From an uncultured Candidatus Saccharibacteria bacterium (lineage in GTDB: Bacteria; Patescibacteriota; Minisyncoccia; Phycocordibacterales; UBA2100): a DNA stretch of 64,000 nucleotides. Within the stretch, counting starts at the first letter, position 1. Each line of letters starts with the position of its first letter. The stretch lies in assembly GCA_964350885.1 (NCBI GenBank), contig CAYGKV010000006.1:18-64017 (forward strand). Direction: 5' to 3'. Position numbers and translations under genes: made by a program. This document shows positions 56,552 to 64,000 of the stretch, piece after piece. The notes below the pieces were generated by a model. That model was not told where the DNA came from. It made no database searches and saw nothing but the letters and a program-made list of their open reading frames with translations.

Positions 56552-56562
56552 GGGGGGGGGGG
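56552..56562. repeat. G11 homopolymer between the divergent avd and RT starts
   Basis: gtcggggggggggg tacg; simple-sequence tract in the presumptive promoter region. Confidence 0.9.
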
Positions 56563-56575
56563 TACGTTTTTGGGA

Positions 56576-57074
56576 ATGGGACGTGTTCAGTTCAGTCATA
56601 GCTACGAGGATATCATCTCGACAGAAAATTTGCTTGGCGCGTGGCGTGAATTCGTGCGAGGTAAACGCAAGAAGGCCGACGTGCAAGAATTCCAGTACGC
56701 TCTGATGGACAACATTCTCGCGCTTCATCGCGATTTGCGAGAGGGAAGATACAAGCATGGCGGGTACAAGGCCTTCAAGATATCCGACCCGAAGCCCCGC
56801 GACATCCACAAGGCGAGCGTGCGTGACCGGCTTTTACATCTCACTTCATCCCAACAAAATATTCATCAAAAGGCTCGCATCTGGCGTTGATTTTCTCGGA
56901 TGGGTACACTTCTCCAACCATCGTGTTCTGCGGACGAGCACGAAATGGCGTATATTACGCAATCTCGGCGATGATCCGAAGCGTGCGAGTGTCGAATCGT
57001 ACCTCGGACTTCTTTTGCACGGGAACGCGCGTACGCTTGCGACGGAGATCAGTCGGTCATCGAAAGCAGCGTGA
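56576..57074 (+). pseudogene. DGR/retron-type reverse transcriptase remnant (internal deletion of catalytic core plus frameshift)
   Basis: Frame A: LLGAWREFVRGKRKK...YKHGGYKAFKISDPKPRDIHKASVRDRLLHL (RT domain 0/1). It then switches frame into HPNKIFIKRLASGVDFLGWVHFSNHRVLRTSTKWRILRNL (thumb region). Motifs 2-7 including YxDD are absent. Confidence 0.7.
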
Positions 57075-57088
57075 TATAATTCGACGTC

Positions 57089-57772
57089 ATGGTGAAAAGA
57101 ATGCTCAATCCCAATCACACCGCAGTGCCGCAAAATTTCTGTCGTTTGCCCGATGGTTACGGTGTCGTGAAGATTGGTGTCTCAGGCGCTGCTGAGACAG
57201 GCGCATGCGGCCTCGATGCATACGAAAAGGCAAAAGAACTGGGCCGAGAGATTGCAAAGCAAGGCGGAATTATCACAACGGGCGCAACGACGGGGTTTCC
57301 GATGTACTCGGCGATGGGCGCAAAAGATGAGTGTGGTTTTTCGATAGGATTTTCACCGGCGGCAAATGAGCGTGAGCATGTCGAGACGTATAAACTCCCG
57401 CTCGATTATATGGATGTGATTGTCTACACGGGATTTGGGTATGCCGGCCGTGATCTACTCTTCGTGCGATCGTCGGACGCGATGGTGATCGGATGCGGTC
57501 GCATCGGGACTATCAATGAGTTTGCGGTTGCGTTTGAAGACCATCGGCCTATTGGAGTCCTCGAGGGCTCATGGGAGACCGACGAAATACTAAAACGCAT
57601 AATCGAAGCCGCGCACCGACCGAATTCGAAGATTATTTTCGACTCCGATCCGAAGGGGCTGGTTGAACGTTTGATCGAAATGGTACAAAAGGACAAGCAA
57701 ACCGCGATGCTCGTGTACAACAACCACGATGGGTGGAGCGCGACCGGGAAGAATCAGGAGGTGATCTTGTAG
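57089..57772 (+). CDS. TIGR00725/LOG-like Rossmann-fold nucleotide-binding protein
   Basis: GVSGAAETG...GGIITTGATTG...DAMVIGCGRIGT pattern. Confidence 0.6.
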   Translation: MVKRMLNPNHTAVPQNFCRLPDGYGVVKIGVSGAAETGACGLDAYEKAKELGREIAKQGGIITTGATTGFPMYSAMGAKDECGFSIGFSPAANEREHVETYKLPLDYMDVIVYTGFGYAGRDLLFVRSSDAMVIGCGRIGTINEFAVAFEDHRPIGVLEGSWETDEILKRIIEAAHRPNSKIIFDSDPKGLVERLIEMVQKDKQTAMLVYNNHDGWSATGKNQEVIL

Positions 57773-57854
57773 CCGTAGATCTACACAATAGGAGGATCAG
57801 TATAAGTAGAACACCGGGTAACGCAGTCTCCTGATTTTATGTTAAAGTTACCGT

Positions 57855-59006
57855 ATGAAAATTGAACAGAAAAAGTGGACCCCCGAGCATGGTTGGAGAG
57901 TTCTTTCTGCAGGCTCTTTCACAGAGCCACCCGAGCTCGTGCTCTGCTTCGGCGGGAACGCGCCGCTCAGGGACAGAGCTCGATTTGAAGAGATTCGTTC
58001 GTGGTATCCCAAATCCCATATAGTCACCGCCTCGACGGCAGGAGAAATCATTGGAACAGAAGTTTCTGACGACACTTTGGTTTTGACGGCTATTAAATTT
58101 GAAAAGACCGCACTTCAATTTGCCGAGTCAGATATTAGAGAATCTGGAGAAAGCGAAAATGCTGGTAAGAGTCTCGCCGCCACCCTCCCTAAAGAAGGAT
58201 TGGCCCATGTGATGATTCTCTCGGACGGCCTTTCTGTAAACGGGACCGCTCTCGTGAGAGGACTTCTTTCAGAATTACCTACAAGCGTCTCGGTAACGGG
58301 GGGGCTCACAGGAGACGGCTCTCGTTTTAAAGAAACGCTTCTGGGACTTGATAAAATGCCAGAACCAAAGAAACTTGTCTGTGTTGGTTTTTACGGTTCA
58401 AGCATCAAAATAGGATACGGGTCGCTTGGGGGGTGGGACTCGTTTGGTGTTGATCGAACCATTACCAAAGCAAAAGGGAACGTGCTCTATGAACTTGACG
58501 GGAAGCCCGCACTTCCGCTTTACAAGGAATATCTTGGTGAGTTGGCCAAAGAGCTTCCCGGCAGTGGCCTTCTCTTCCCGCTTGGCCTAAGAGTAAAAAC
58601 AGATAATGGAGAAGAGGTCGAAGTGGTGCGTACGCTACTTGCGGTAGATGAAGGTGCGCAATCAATAACATTTGCCGGCGATATGCCAGAGGGGACTATT
58701 GCTCGGTTGATGAAGGCAAACTTCGACCGTCTCATTGACGGTGCTTCTGGGGCTGCTGGCATGAGCATTGAATCTTTAGACAAAGGGAAGGCGGAACTTG
58801 CCATCTTGATAAGCTGTGTCGGTAGAAAACTTGTACTCAAAGAGCGAAGCGAAGACGAAGTAAAGGCAGTTCAAGAAAAAATTGGACCCCAAGCGGCAAT
58901 TGTCGGTTTTTATTCCTACGGTGAGATTAGCCCCACTGCCCCCACCGAGCGCCAGTGCCAACTCCATAATCAGACAATGACCATTACCACCTTTCGAGAG
59001 ACATAA
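57855..59006 (+). CDS. FIST-domain sensory protein
   Basis: 383 aa with N and C FIST segments; precedes the HK and RR. Confidence 0.65.
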   Translation: MKIEQKKWTPEHGWRVLSAGSFTEPPELVLCFGGNAPLRDRARFEEIRSWYPKSHIVTASTAGEIIGTEVSDDTLVLTAIKFEKTALQFAESDIRESGESENAGKSLAATLPKEGLAHVMILSDGLSVNGTALVRGLLSELPTSVSVTGGLTGDGSRFKETLLGLDKMPEPKKLVCVGFYGSSIKIGYGSLGGWDSFGVDRTITKAKGNVLYELDGKPALPLYKEYLGELAKELPGSGLLFPLGLRVKTDNGEEVEVVRTLLAVDEGAQSITFAGDMPEGTIARLMKANFDRLIDGASGAAGMSIESLDKGKAELAILISCVGRKLVLKERSEDEVKAVQEKIGPQAAIVGFYSYGEISPTAPTERQCQLHNQTMTITTFRET

Positions 59007-59012
59007 AGATAA

Positions 59013-60092
59013 ATGCATTATCTTCTAGAACGACAGCTTAAAAAGGTTTTCAATGGCACGTTTCAACTATCTCCGGAATTGGAAGCTTTTTTGAATGTTG
59101 TGAGCGGTACATATGACAACTATGATAAAGACCGTAAGTTTCTGGATCGCTCATTTGCTATTAGCTCAAAAGAGTTCTTGGAGCTTAACAACAAAGTCGT
59201 AAAACTTCTCGAAGAGATAAAAATTGAAAAGGAAAGCGTTGAGCAAAAAGTCATTGAGCGAACGCGGGAGCTCAGGCAAAAAGCCGAGGAGCTAGATAGA
59301 GCCAATCAGCTCCTTACAAAGCGTGAACACGAACTTACGTTGACGAATGAACGCCTTTTAGAGCTCGATAAGGTAAAAACGGAATTCATTTCCGTCGCGG
59401 CACACCAGCTCCGTACACCGCTAGCTGCGATTAAGTGGACGCTCGCGCTTTTGGTCGACGAGCATTCAGATACTCTCACTGCCAAACAAAGCAGTTATCT
59501 TGTGAAGGCATATGAGAGCAACGAACGCATGCTTCGCCTCATCAACGATATGCTTGTCGTAACGCGTATCGAATCCGGGAAAATGCAATATAGTTTTTCG
59601 TCCATCCATATTGAGGATCTCGTCGACAGCGTACTCGTTGACTTCTCCGGTCAAGCGCGTGCACGCGATATCATTCTCACATTTGAGAGGCCAGAAACTG
59701 CATTGCCGTACGTTACTGCCGATCCAGAAAAAATCCACTTGGTCCTTCAGAATCTGATCGAGAATGCGCTTTACTACACAAAAGACAAGGGGGCTATATC
59801 CTTATTCGCGAAACGCGAGGGCGACTTAATCAAAGTTCTTGTGAAAGACAACGGGATCGGCATACCTCCGCATCAGCAGTCAAGCATTTTTAACAAATTT
59901 TTCCGTGCCGACAATGCGCTTAAGGTAAAAACGGACGGCTCGGGACTTGGTCTCTTTGTCGCAAAAAGTATCGTGGATGCACATAGAGGAGAGATCGGGT
60001 TCGAAAGTACGGAGGGCGTGGGGAGCACTTTCTATTTCACTATTCCGTGCAGCGGTCGCACAGAGGTCGCCACCTCGGGGCATGCTGTATAA
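59013..60092 (+). CDS. cytoplasmic histidine kinase (coiled coil-HisKA-HATPase)
   Basis: H-box AAHQLRTPLAAIKW; N, G1, G2 boxes (DNGIGIP, GSGLGLFVAKSIV). Confidence 0.85.
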   Translation: MHYLLERQLKKVFNGTFQLSPELEAFLNVVSGTYDNYDKDRKFLDRSFAISSKEFLELNNKVVKLLEEIKIEKESVEQKVIERTRELRQKAEELDRANQLLTKREHELTLTNERLLELDKVKTEFISVAAHQLRTPLAAIKWTLALLVDEHSDTLTAKQSSYLVKAYESNERMLRLINDMLVVTRIESGKMQYSFSSIHIEDLVDSVLVDFSGQARARDIILTFERPETALPYVTADPEKIHLVLQNLIENALYYTKDKGAISLFAKREGDLIKVLVKDNGIGIPPHQQSSIFNKFFRADNALKVKTDGSGLGLFVAKSIVDAHRGEIGFESTEGVGSTFYFTIPCSGRTEVATSGHAV

Positions 60093-60106
60093 TGCCACCA
60101 TATCTC

Positions 60107-60919
60107 ATGAACCGTGAAAACGACGAAACAAAAAAGATTCTCCTCGTAGAAGATGACCAGATCTTGGGAGGTCTTATCTCCGAAAAGCTCGGCGCTGAAG
60201 GGTACGAGGTTTCCTGGGAACTTGACGGTGAAAAGGGGATACAAAAAATGCGTGCGACGCTGCCGGATCTTGTGCTTCTTGATCTGGGAATGCCAAAGAA
60301 AGATGGCTTTGAGGTGCTCGAAGAGGTCGGGAAGGATGATGTGTTAAAGAAGATTCCAGTAGTAATCATTTCGAACTCCGGACAGCCCGTTGAACTTTCG
60401 AGAGCTCTCAAGCTTGGCGTGAAGGATTACATTATTAAGGCGGAGTTTAGCCCTGACGACGTACTTAAAAAGGTGCACAAGTATCTCAACCTCGAACATG
60501 CAACCGATGCGGGTCCGAAAAAGGGCGCTCCCGGCATAAAAATACTGGTAACGGAGGATGATCAGTTCCTTCACGCGCTTATCGTGGAGCGACTCGCGAA
60601 GGAAGGGTATACGCTCTTGGCCGCAATGGACGGCACCGAAGCGCTTAAAATACTTGAGACAGAGCTTCCCGATGTTTTAATTCTTGACATTGTTATGCCG
60701 GGGATAAACGGTTTTGAGGTGCTGAAGAAAGTAAGATCGGATCCAAAGTACAAGGATATGTCGGTTATTATTTTCTCGAACCTCGGACAAGAACATGAAA
60801 TCGAAGAGGCGCGAACGTTGGGCGCGGATGAGTTTTTGGTCAAGGCAAAATTTACGCTCAAAGAAGTAGTAGAAAAGATTGACGCACTCCTGAAAAAGAA
60901 AGGCAGAATAAGCGCTTGA
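60107..60919 (+). CDS. response regulator with tandem receiver domains
   Basis: Two REC domains (KILLVEDDQ...DLGMP...K; KILVTEDDQ...DIVMPG...K); no output domain. Confidence 0.85.
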   Translation: MNRENDETKKILLVEDDQILGGLISEKLGAEGYEVSWELDGEKGIQKMRATLPDLVLLDLGMPKKDGFEVLEEVGKDDVLKKIPVVIISNSGQPVELSRALKLGVKDYIIKAEFSPDDVLKKVHKYLNLEHATDAGPKKGAPGIKILVTEDDQFLHALIVERLAKEGYTLLAAMDGTEALKILETELPDVLILDIVMPGINGFEVLKKVRSDPKYKDMSVIIFSNLGQEHEIEEARTLGADEFLVKAKFTLKEVVEKIDALLKKKGRISA

Positions 60920-61053
60920 GCGTTCGTCCAGACAAGTGATCACCACTATACGGGTATATGGGGCGTGGCCTGTTACGGCAACCAACAGGTGGTTGGAATG
61001 CGACCGGGAAGAATCAAGGGGTGATTCTTTAGAGGGGTCGGCGGAGAAGAGGG

Positions 61054-61401
61054 CTATCCTTTCAAATGCTTAGCGAGCCGCTCGAGCGCTTCTGGGTGCT
61101 CTCCTGCGAGTGTCGAAAGGGATTTTCTATCGAGCGCGATGCCGTGTTTCTTGATGGCATCGATAAAGCGTGAGTACGAAAATCCGAGAGGTCGCACTGC
61201 AGCATTGATGCGGAGCGTCCAGAGATTACGAAATTCGCGCTTCTTCGCACGGCGGTGACGAAAAGCGTGCGCGCCGGCGTGGCGGATTGCTTCTTTGGCT
61301 GTTCGTTCTTTGGTGGATCGGCCAAAACGATACCCCTTGGTCTGTGCCAAGACATTGCGCCTTCGCTTCAGCTTTGTTGTTCCTCGTTTGACGCGTGACA
61401 T
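61054..61401 (-). CDS. rplT: 50S ribosomal protein L20
   Basis: MSRVKRGTTKLKRRRNVLAQTKGYRFGRST... Confidence 0.92.
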   Translation of the reverse strand: MSRVKRGTTKLKRRRNVLAQTKGYRFGRSTKERTAKEAIRHAGAHAFRHRRAKKREFRNLWTLRINAAVRPLGFSYSRFIDAIKKHGIALDRKSLSTLAGEHPEALERLAKHLKG

Positions 61402-61407
61402 AGTATT

Positions 61408-61596
61408 TTAATGAGGCAGGAAACGGCTCTTATCAGTGTTCGTCATGATGCCATGAAAGGTCATTGCTCGACGACGGCGCATCCGGCCAGTGCCGCTTTC
61501 CTTGGCGTTGAAGTGGTTCTGGCCAGGAACACGGGCAATGATCTTGCCGTTCTTTGTTACCCGCAGACGCTTTCCGTAAGATTTGTTATTTTTCAT
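61408..61596 (-). CDS. rpmI: 50S ribosomal protein L35
   Basis: 62 aa, basic; lies between infC and rplT. Confidence 0.8.
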   Translation of the reverse strand: MKNNKSYGKRLRVTKNGKIIARVPGQNHFNAKESGTGRMRRRRAMTFHGIMTNTDKSRFLPH

Positions 61597-61741
61597 AAGC
61601 TAAAGCTTTTTGCCAGCGCTCGCTCGGAAGTCCAAAAGCAAGCTTCTGGACTTCTCTCGCCTCGCTTGGCAATGAGAAACCGCGCTCTTGCGCAGTGGGG
61701 CCATTATGCCCGAAATAGGGGAAAACGCAAACTACTTTTTC

Positions 61742-62302
61742 TTAGGCTTCTTCTGCGGGAGTCGGCGTGGGGGTATCCTTCAGAGGCTTAGGGGCCGGAC
61801 TTTTCTTCGACAAATCTCGTTCGAGAGATACGGAGAGACCCTTTGGTCCTTTTTGGACGTCTTCGGCGATTTTGAATGGTTCGGGGATAACGGAGAGAAA
61901 GCGCTCAAGGCGTTCTTTGAGGAACGAGAATTCCATATATTTGTAGCGACCCCAAAGAAAAAGATCGACACGCACGCGGTGTCCTTCCCTGAGCCATGCA
62001 GCCGCTTTGGCTGCTTTGATTTGCATATCACGTTCTGAGGTGCCGATCTTTACCTGTGTGACTTTGGTCTCCGTCACGTGCGCCTTGGATTTTATTTCCT
62101 TGTCCTTTTTCTTTTGTTCGTATTTAAATTTTCCGTAGTCGGTGATTCGCGCTACAGGCGGTTGAGCATTGGGGGATATTTCGATGAGGTCGTACCCCAG
62201 GCTTTGTGCCTTTCCCAGCGCTTCGCGGATTGGAAGTATCCCGAAATTCTCGCCTAGGGGGCCAATCACTCGTACTTCTGGCGCGCGGATGCCCTCATTC
62301 AT
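61742..62302 (-). CDS. infC: translation initiation factor IF-3 (with Pro/Thr-rich C-terminal tail)
   Basis: MNEGIRAPEVRVIGPLGENFGILPIREALGKAQSLGYDLIEISPNAQPPVARI. Confidence 0.9.
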   Translation of the reverse strand: MNEGIRAPEVRVIGPLGENFGILPIREALGKAQSLGYDLIEISPNAQPPVARITDYGKFKYEQKKKDKEIKSKAHVTETKVTQVKIGTSERDMQIKAAKAAAWLREGHRVRVDLFLWGRYKYMEFSFLKERLERFLSVIPEPFKIAEDVQKGPKGLSVSLERDLSKKSPAPKPLKDTPTPTPAEEA

Positions 62303-62399
62303 CCGGGCACGCTCCTTCTCAGCTTGCGATGTGTACTTAGTGAATCCCATTTGTTGGAGAGACTATACCACGGAGTCAATCTTTACTCCATAGAGTCAT

Positions 62400-63770
62400 C
62401 TATATCGGTGTTACTGGCTCGCTCCTGCCAAAAGGCCGGAGGTAGCTGAGTGCATTGAGCAAGGTGTTTCGCATAGACTCGAGTATTTGGAATACGAATC
62501 CCTGTTCTTGCTGTTGCCCGACGAAGCCACGCAATGTATCACTCGCGAGGTCACCCGAAGTGAACGTTTGCAAAGATCCTCCCGGTTGCGCGAATGCGAT
62601 GCTTCCCGTCGCGTAGATAGTCCGAGGAGAGGTGGTGGGGCTGAGCATCGCGATGTCGCTTGTGTCTGGATTTAGCATAGGGCCTGTTGTCCCAACACTT
62701 TCTACTCTATTGATGATGTAGTCACTCACCGGCGGAGAATCAATATCCGACGTGTATCCGGGATCGGGATTGTTTGTGCCCGCGGGCGCGCTGCCCCCGG
62801 AAGAGGTATTTTGGCCACTTTGTTGACCGCCTCCACTTGAGCCGCCCATTGGTGGGGAGGTTTGAGAAGATTGCTTTGGTGGGGGAGGGGGAGGTGGTGG
62901 AGGCGGGAAATTTTGACCTTGGTTGTCGACTATACATTGAGACTGTGGCACCGTTCCGGCTGGGGCAATGGAAGGCGGCTCTATGCTGGTGAAGCATGTA
63001 GTGGAATTCATTGGTTCGCCAAACACCCCACGAATGAAGTCGGAAATTCTCGAAGACGGTGCTGACGGCTGCTCATAATACTGTGGGTAATCGTAGAATT
63101 CATCAGGCTGAATTACTCCACCACCGCTGCAGCTCGAATCTTTTTTCGGGACGAAATGGAATGCATCCTTGCATCCAAGATAAAACGTAACTCCAAATGA
63201 TGCGGCACTGTCGTGAAGCCGTTTGTAGCTTGGACAGGTCGTTGGATTGGGGAAAACATTCACATCTATCGCGATACCGCGAGGATGTTCACACCGCGCT
63301 CCCTTCTTACATGCGATGATGCCTCTCCGCACGTATTCATTTTGTTTCTCGACTGATCGCGCGCCCTCTCTCACACAAACGTTGATGCCACTCGCTCTAG
63401 CTGATTTGAGGAGCTTTGCGGCACAAACAGAGAATTGGGCATCCAATCCTTGAATGGTTCCATCCGGACCCTTTCCTCCGTAATTGTCTTTATCAGGTGA
63501 GCAGAGAATACTGCGGAGGTATTGTTTTGCCTCTCCACTCTGAGGAGTTACTCCTGATTGTTGGTAATCGTTCGGGCACACCAGCGAACCCTCAGGATAA
63601 CCAGCGGCGATATCCGCTGCAGTTGCGGTATGTGGGTTATCACATGGCAGGTTATTTGCTGCATGTGTCGCGATGGGAAGACCGACGAAAGCGACTGCTA
63701 TGAAAATGCTCGCGAGAACAGGAGTGCATATTCCTTCACACATGTCTCCAAGTATACCTAGAAAAAACAT
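62400..63770 (-). CDS. secreted peptidase M15 (VanY-like D-Ala-D-Ala carboxypeptidase) with a poly-Pro linker and C-terminal domain
   Basis: Signal peptide; CEHPRGIAIDVN (HxxGxAxD) and DAFHF zinc-ligand motifs; PPPPPPPPPP linker. Confidence 0.6.
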   Translation of the reverse strand: MFFLGILGDMCEGICTPVLASIFIAVAFVGLPIATHAANNLPCDNPHTATAADIAAGYPEGSLVCPNDYQQSGVTPQSGEAKQYLRSILCSPDKDNYGGKGPDGTIQGLDAQFSVCAAKLLKSARASGINVCVREGARSVEKQNEYVRRGIIACKKGARCEHPRGIAIDVNVFPNPTTCPSYKRLHDSAASFGVTFYLGCKDAFHFVPKKDSSCSGGGVIQPDEFYDYPQYYEQPSAPSSRISDFIRGVFGEPMNSTTCFTSIEPPSIAPAGTVPQSQCIVDNQGQNFPPPPPPPPPPKQSSQTSPPMGGSSGGGQQSGQNTSSGGSAPAGTNNPDPGYTSDIDSPPVSDYIINRVESVGTTGPMLNPDTSDIAMLSPTTSPRTIYATGSIAFAQPGGSLQTFTSGDLASDTLRGFVGQQQEQGFVFQILESMRNTLLNALSYLRPFGRSEPVTPI

Positions 63771-63867
63771 ATGCCGCGCATGTTTTTGCACAGACTATGT
63801 AAAGGCTTGCGCCAGCGCATGCATGGTGTAACACTGGAAGGAATTAGCAACGTAAAAATATTTTTTA

Positions 63868-64000
63868 TGCCAGAGGGAAACACAAGCACGCCTACGTCGG
63901 GCTCAGGAAACAAGATGTGGTACATTATCGGCGCAATTGCAGCGGTTGTTCTCATCGGCGGGTTTTTGACTCGCGGAGCCAGCTTTATGGGAATGCGCGC
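63868..64000 (+). CDS. 5' fragment of a membrane protein gene (runs off the window)
   Basis: MPEGNTSTPTSGSGNKMWYIIGAIAAVVLIGGFL... Confidence 0.25.

Noticed and set aside
56234-56575. Upstream part of the plus-strand ORF 56234..56890 (Cys/Ser-rich MLASTRYSDSWAYCEC...)
   Set aside because: It is the antisense of the Avd-like four-helix-bundle gene. It has low-complexity composition and no RT similarity before MGRVQF (56576), so only the part from 56576 is taken as RT remnant.

Overview
The window looks like a CPR/Patescibacteria-type chromosome, about 55% GC, with standard genetic code. The spc block runs rpsS-rplV-rpsC-rplP-rpmC-rpsQ-rplN-rplX-rplE-rpsN-rpsH-rplF-rplR-rpsE-rplO-secY and lacks L30 (rpmD); S10 and S5 carry N-terminal extensions. 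Core translation operons are recognisable but broken up by accessory DNA. The str operon (rpsL-rpsG-fusA) is separated from tuf by about 12 kb of large secreted surface-protein genes. rpsJ is separated from rplC by about 2.3 kb, and the spc block ends secY-gmk-adk-map-purD. The far end carries infC-rpmI-rplT on the minus strand.

The accessory content includes:
- three type II toxin-antitoxin pairs;
- a ComEC split into a competence-domain gene and a separate MBL-domain gene, the latter with an in-frame TGA;
- Fe/Mn SOD, MscL, an M50 protease, RecJ and RNase HI;
- two sensor kinases, plus a FIST–HK–tandem-REC signalling cassette;
- a TraD/VirD4-like ATPase, an RNase J-like beta-CASP nuclease, NDK and an M15 peptidase.

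The most notable observations are:
1. A decayed diversity-generating retroelement at 55.2–57.1 kb. The target gene ends in a variable repeat, a nearby template repeat is rich in AAC codons with adenine-specific mismatches, an Avd-like four-helix-bundle gene lies on the opposite strand, and the reverse transcriptase is internally deleted.
2. A perfectly duplicated ~418-bp promoter plus N-terminal module fused to two unrelated C-terminal domains (13.6–15.5 kb).
3. A paralogous family of giant surface proteins with conserved N- and C-terminal framing motifs; one of them is interrupted by a frameshift in a T6 tract.
4. Poly-G tracts (G7, G9, G11) at the 5' ends of surface-protein and DGR genes.
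5. Palindromic repeat units downstream of rpsJ, and an identical 18-nt palindromic motif abutting the start codons of tuf and adk.
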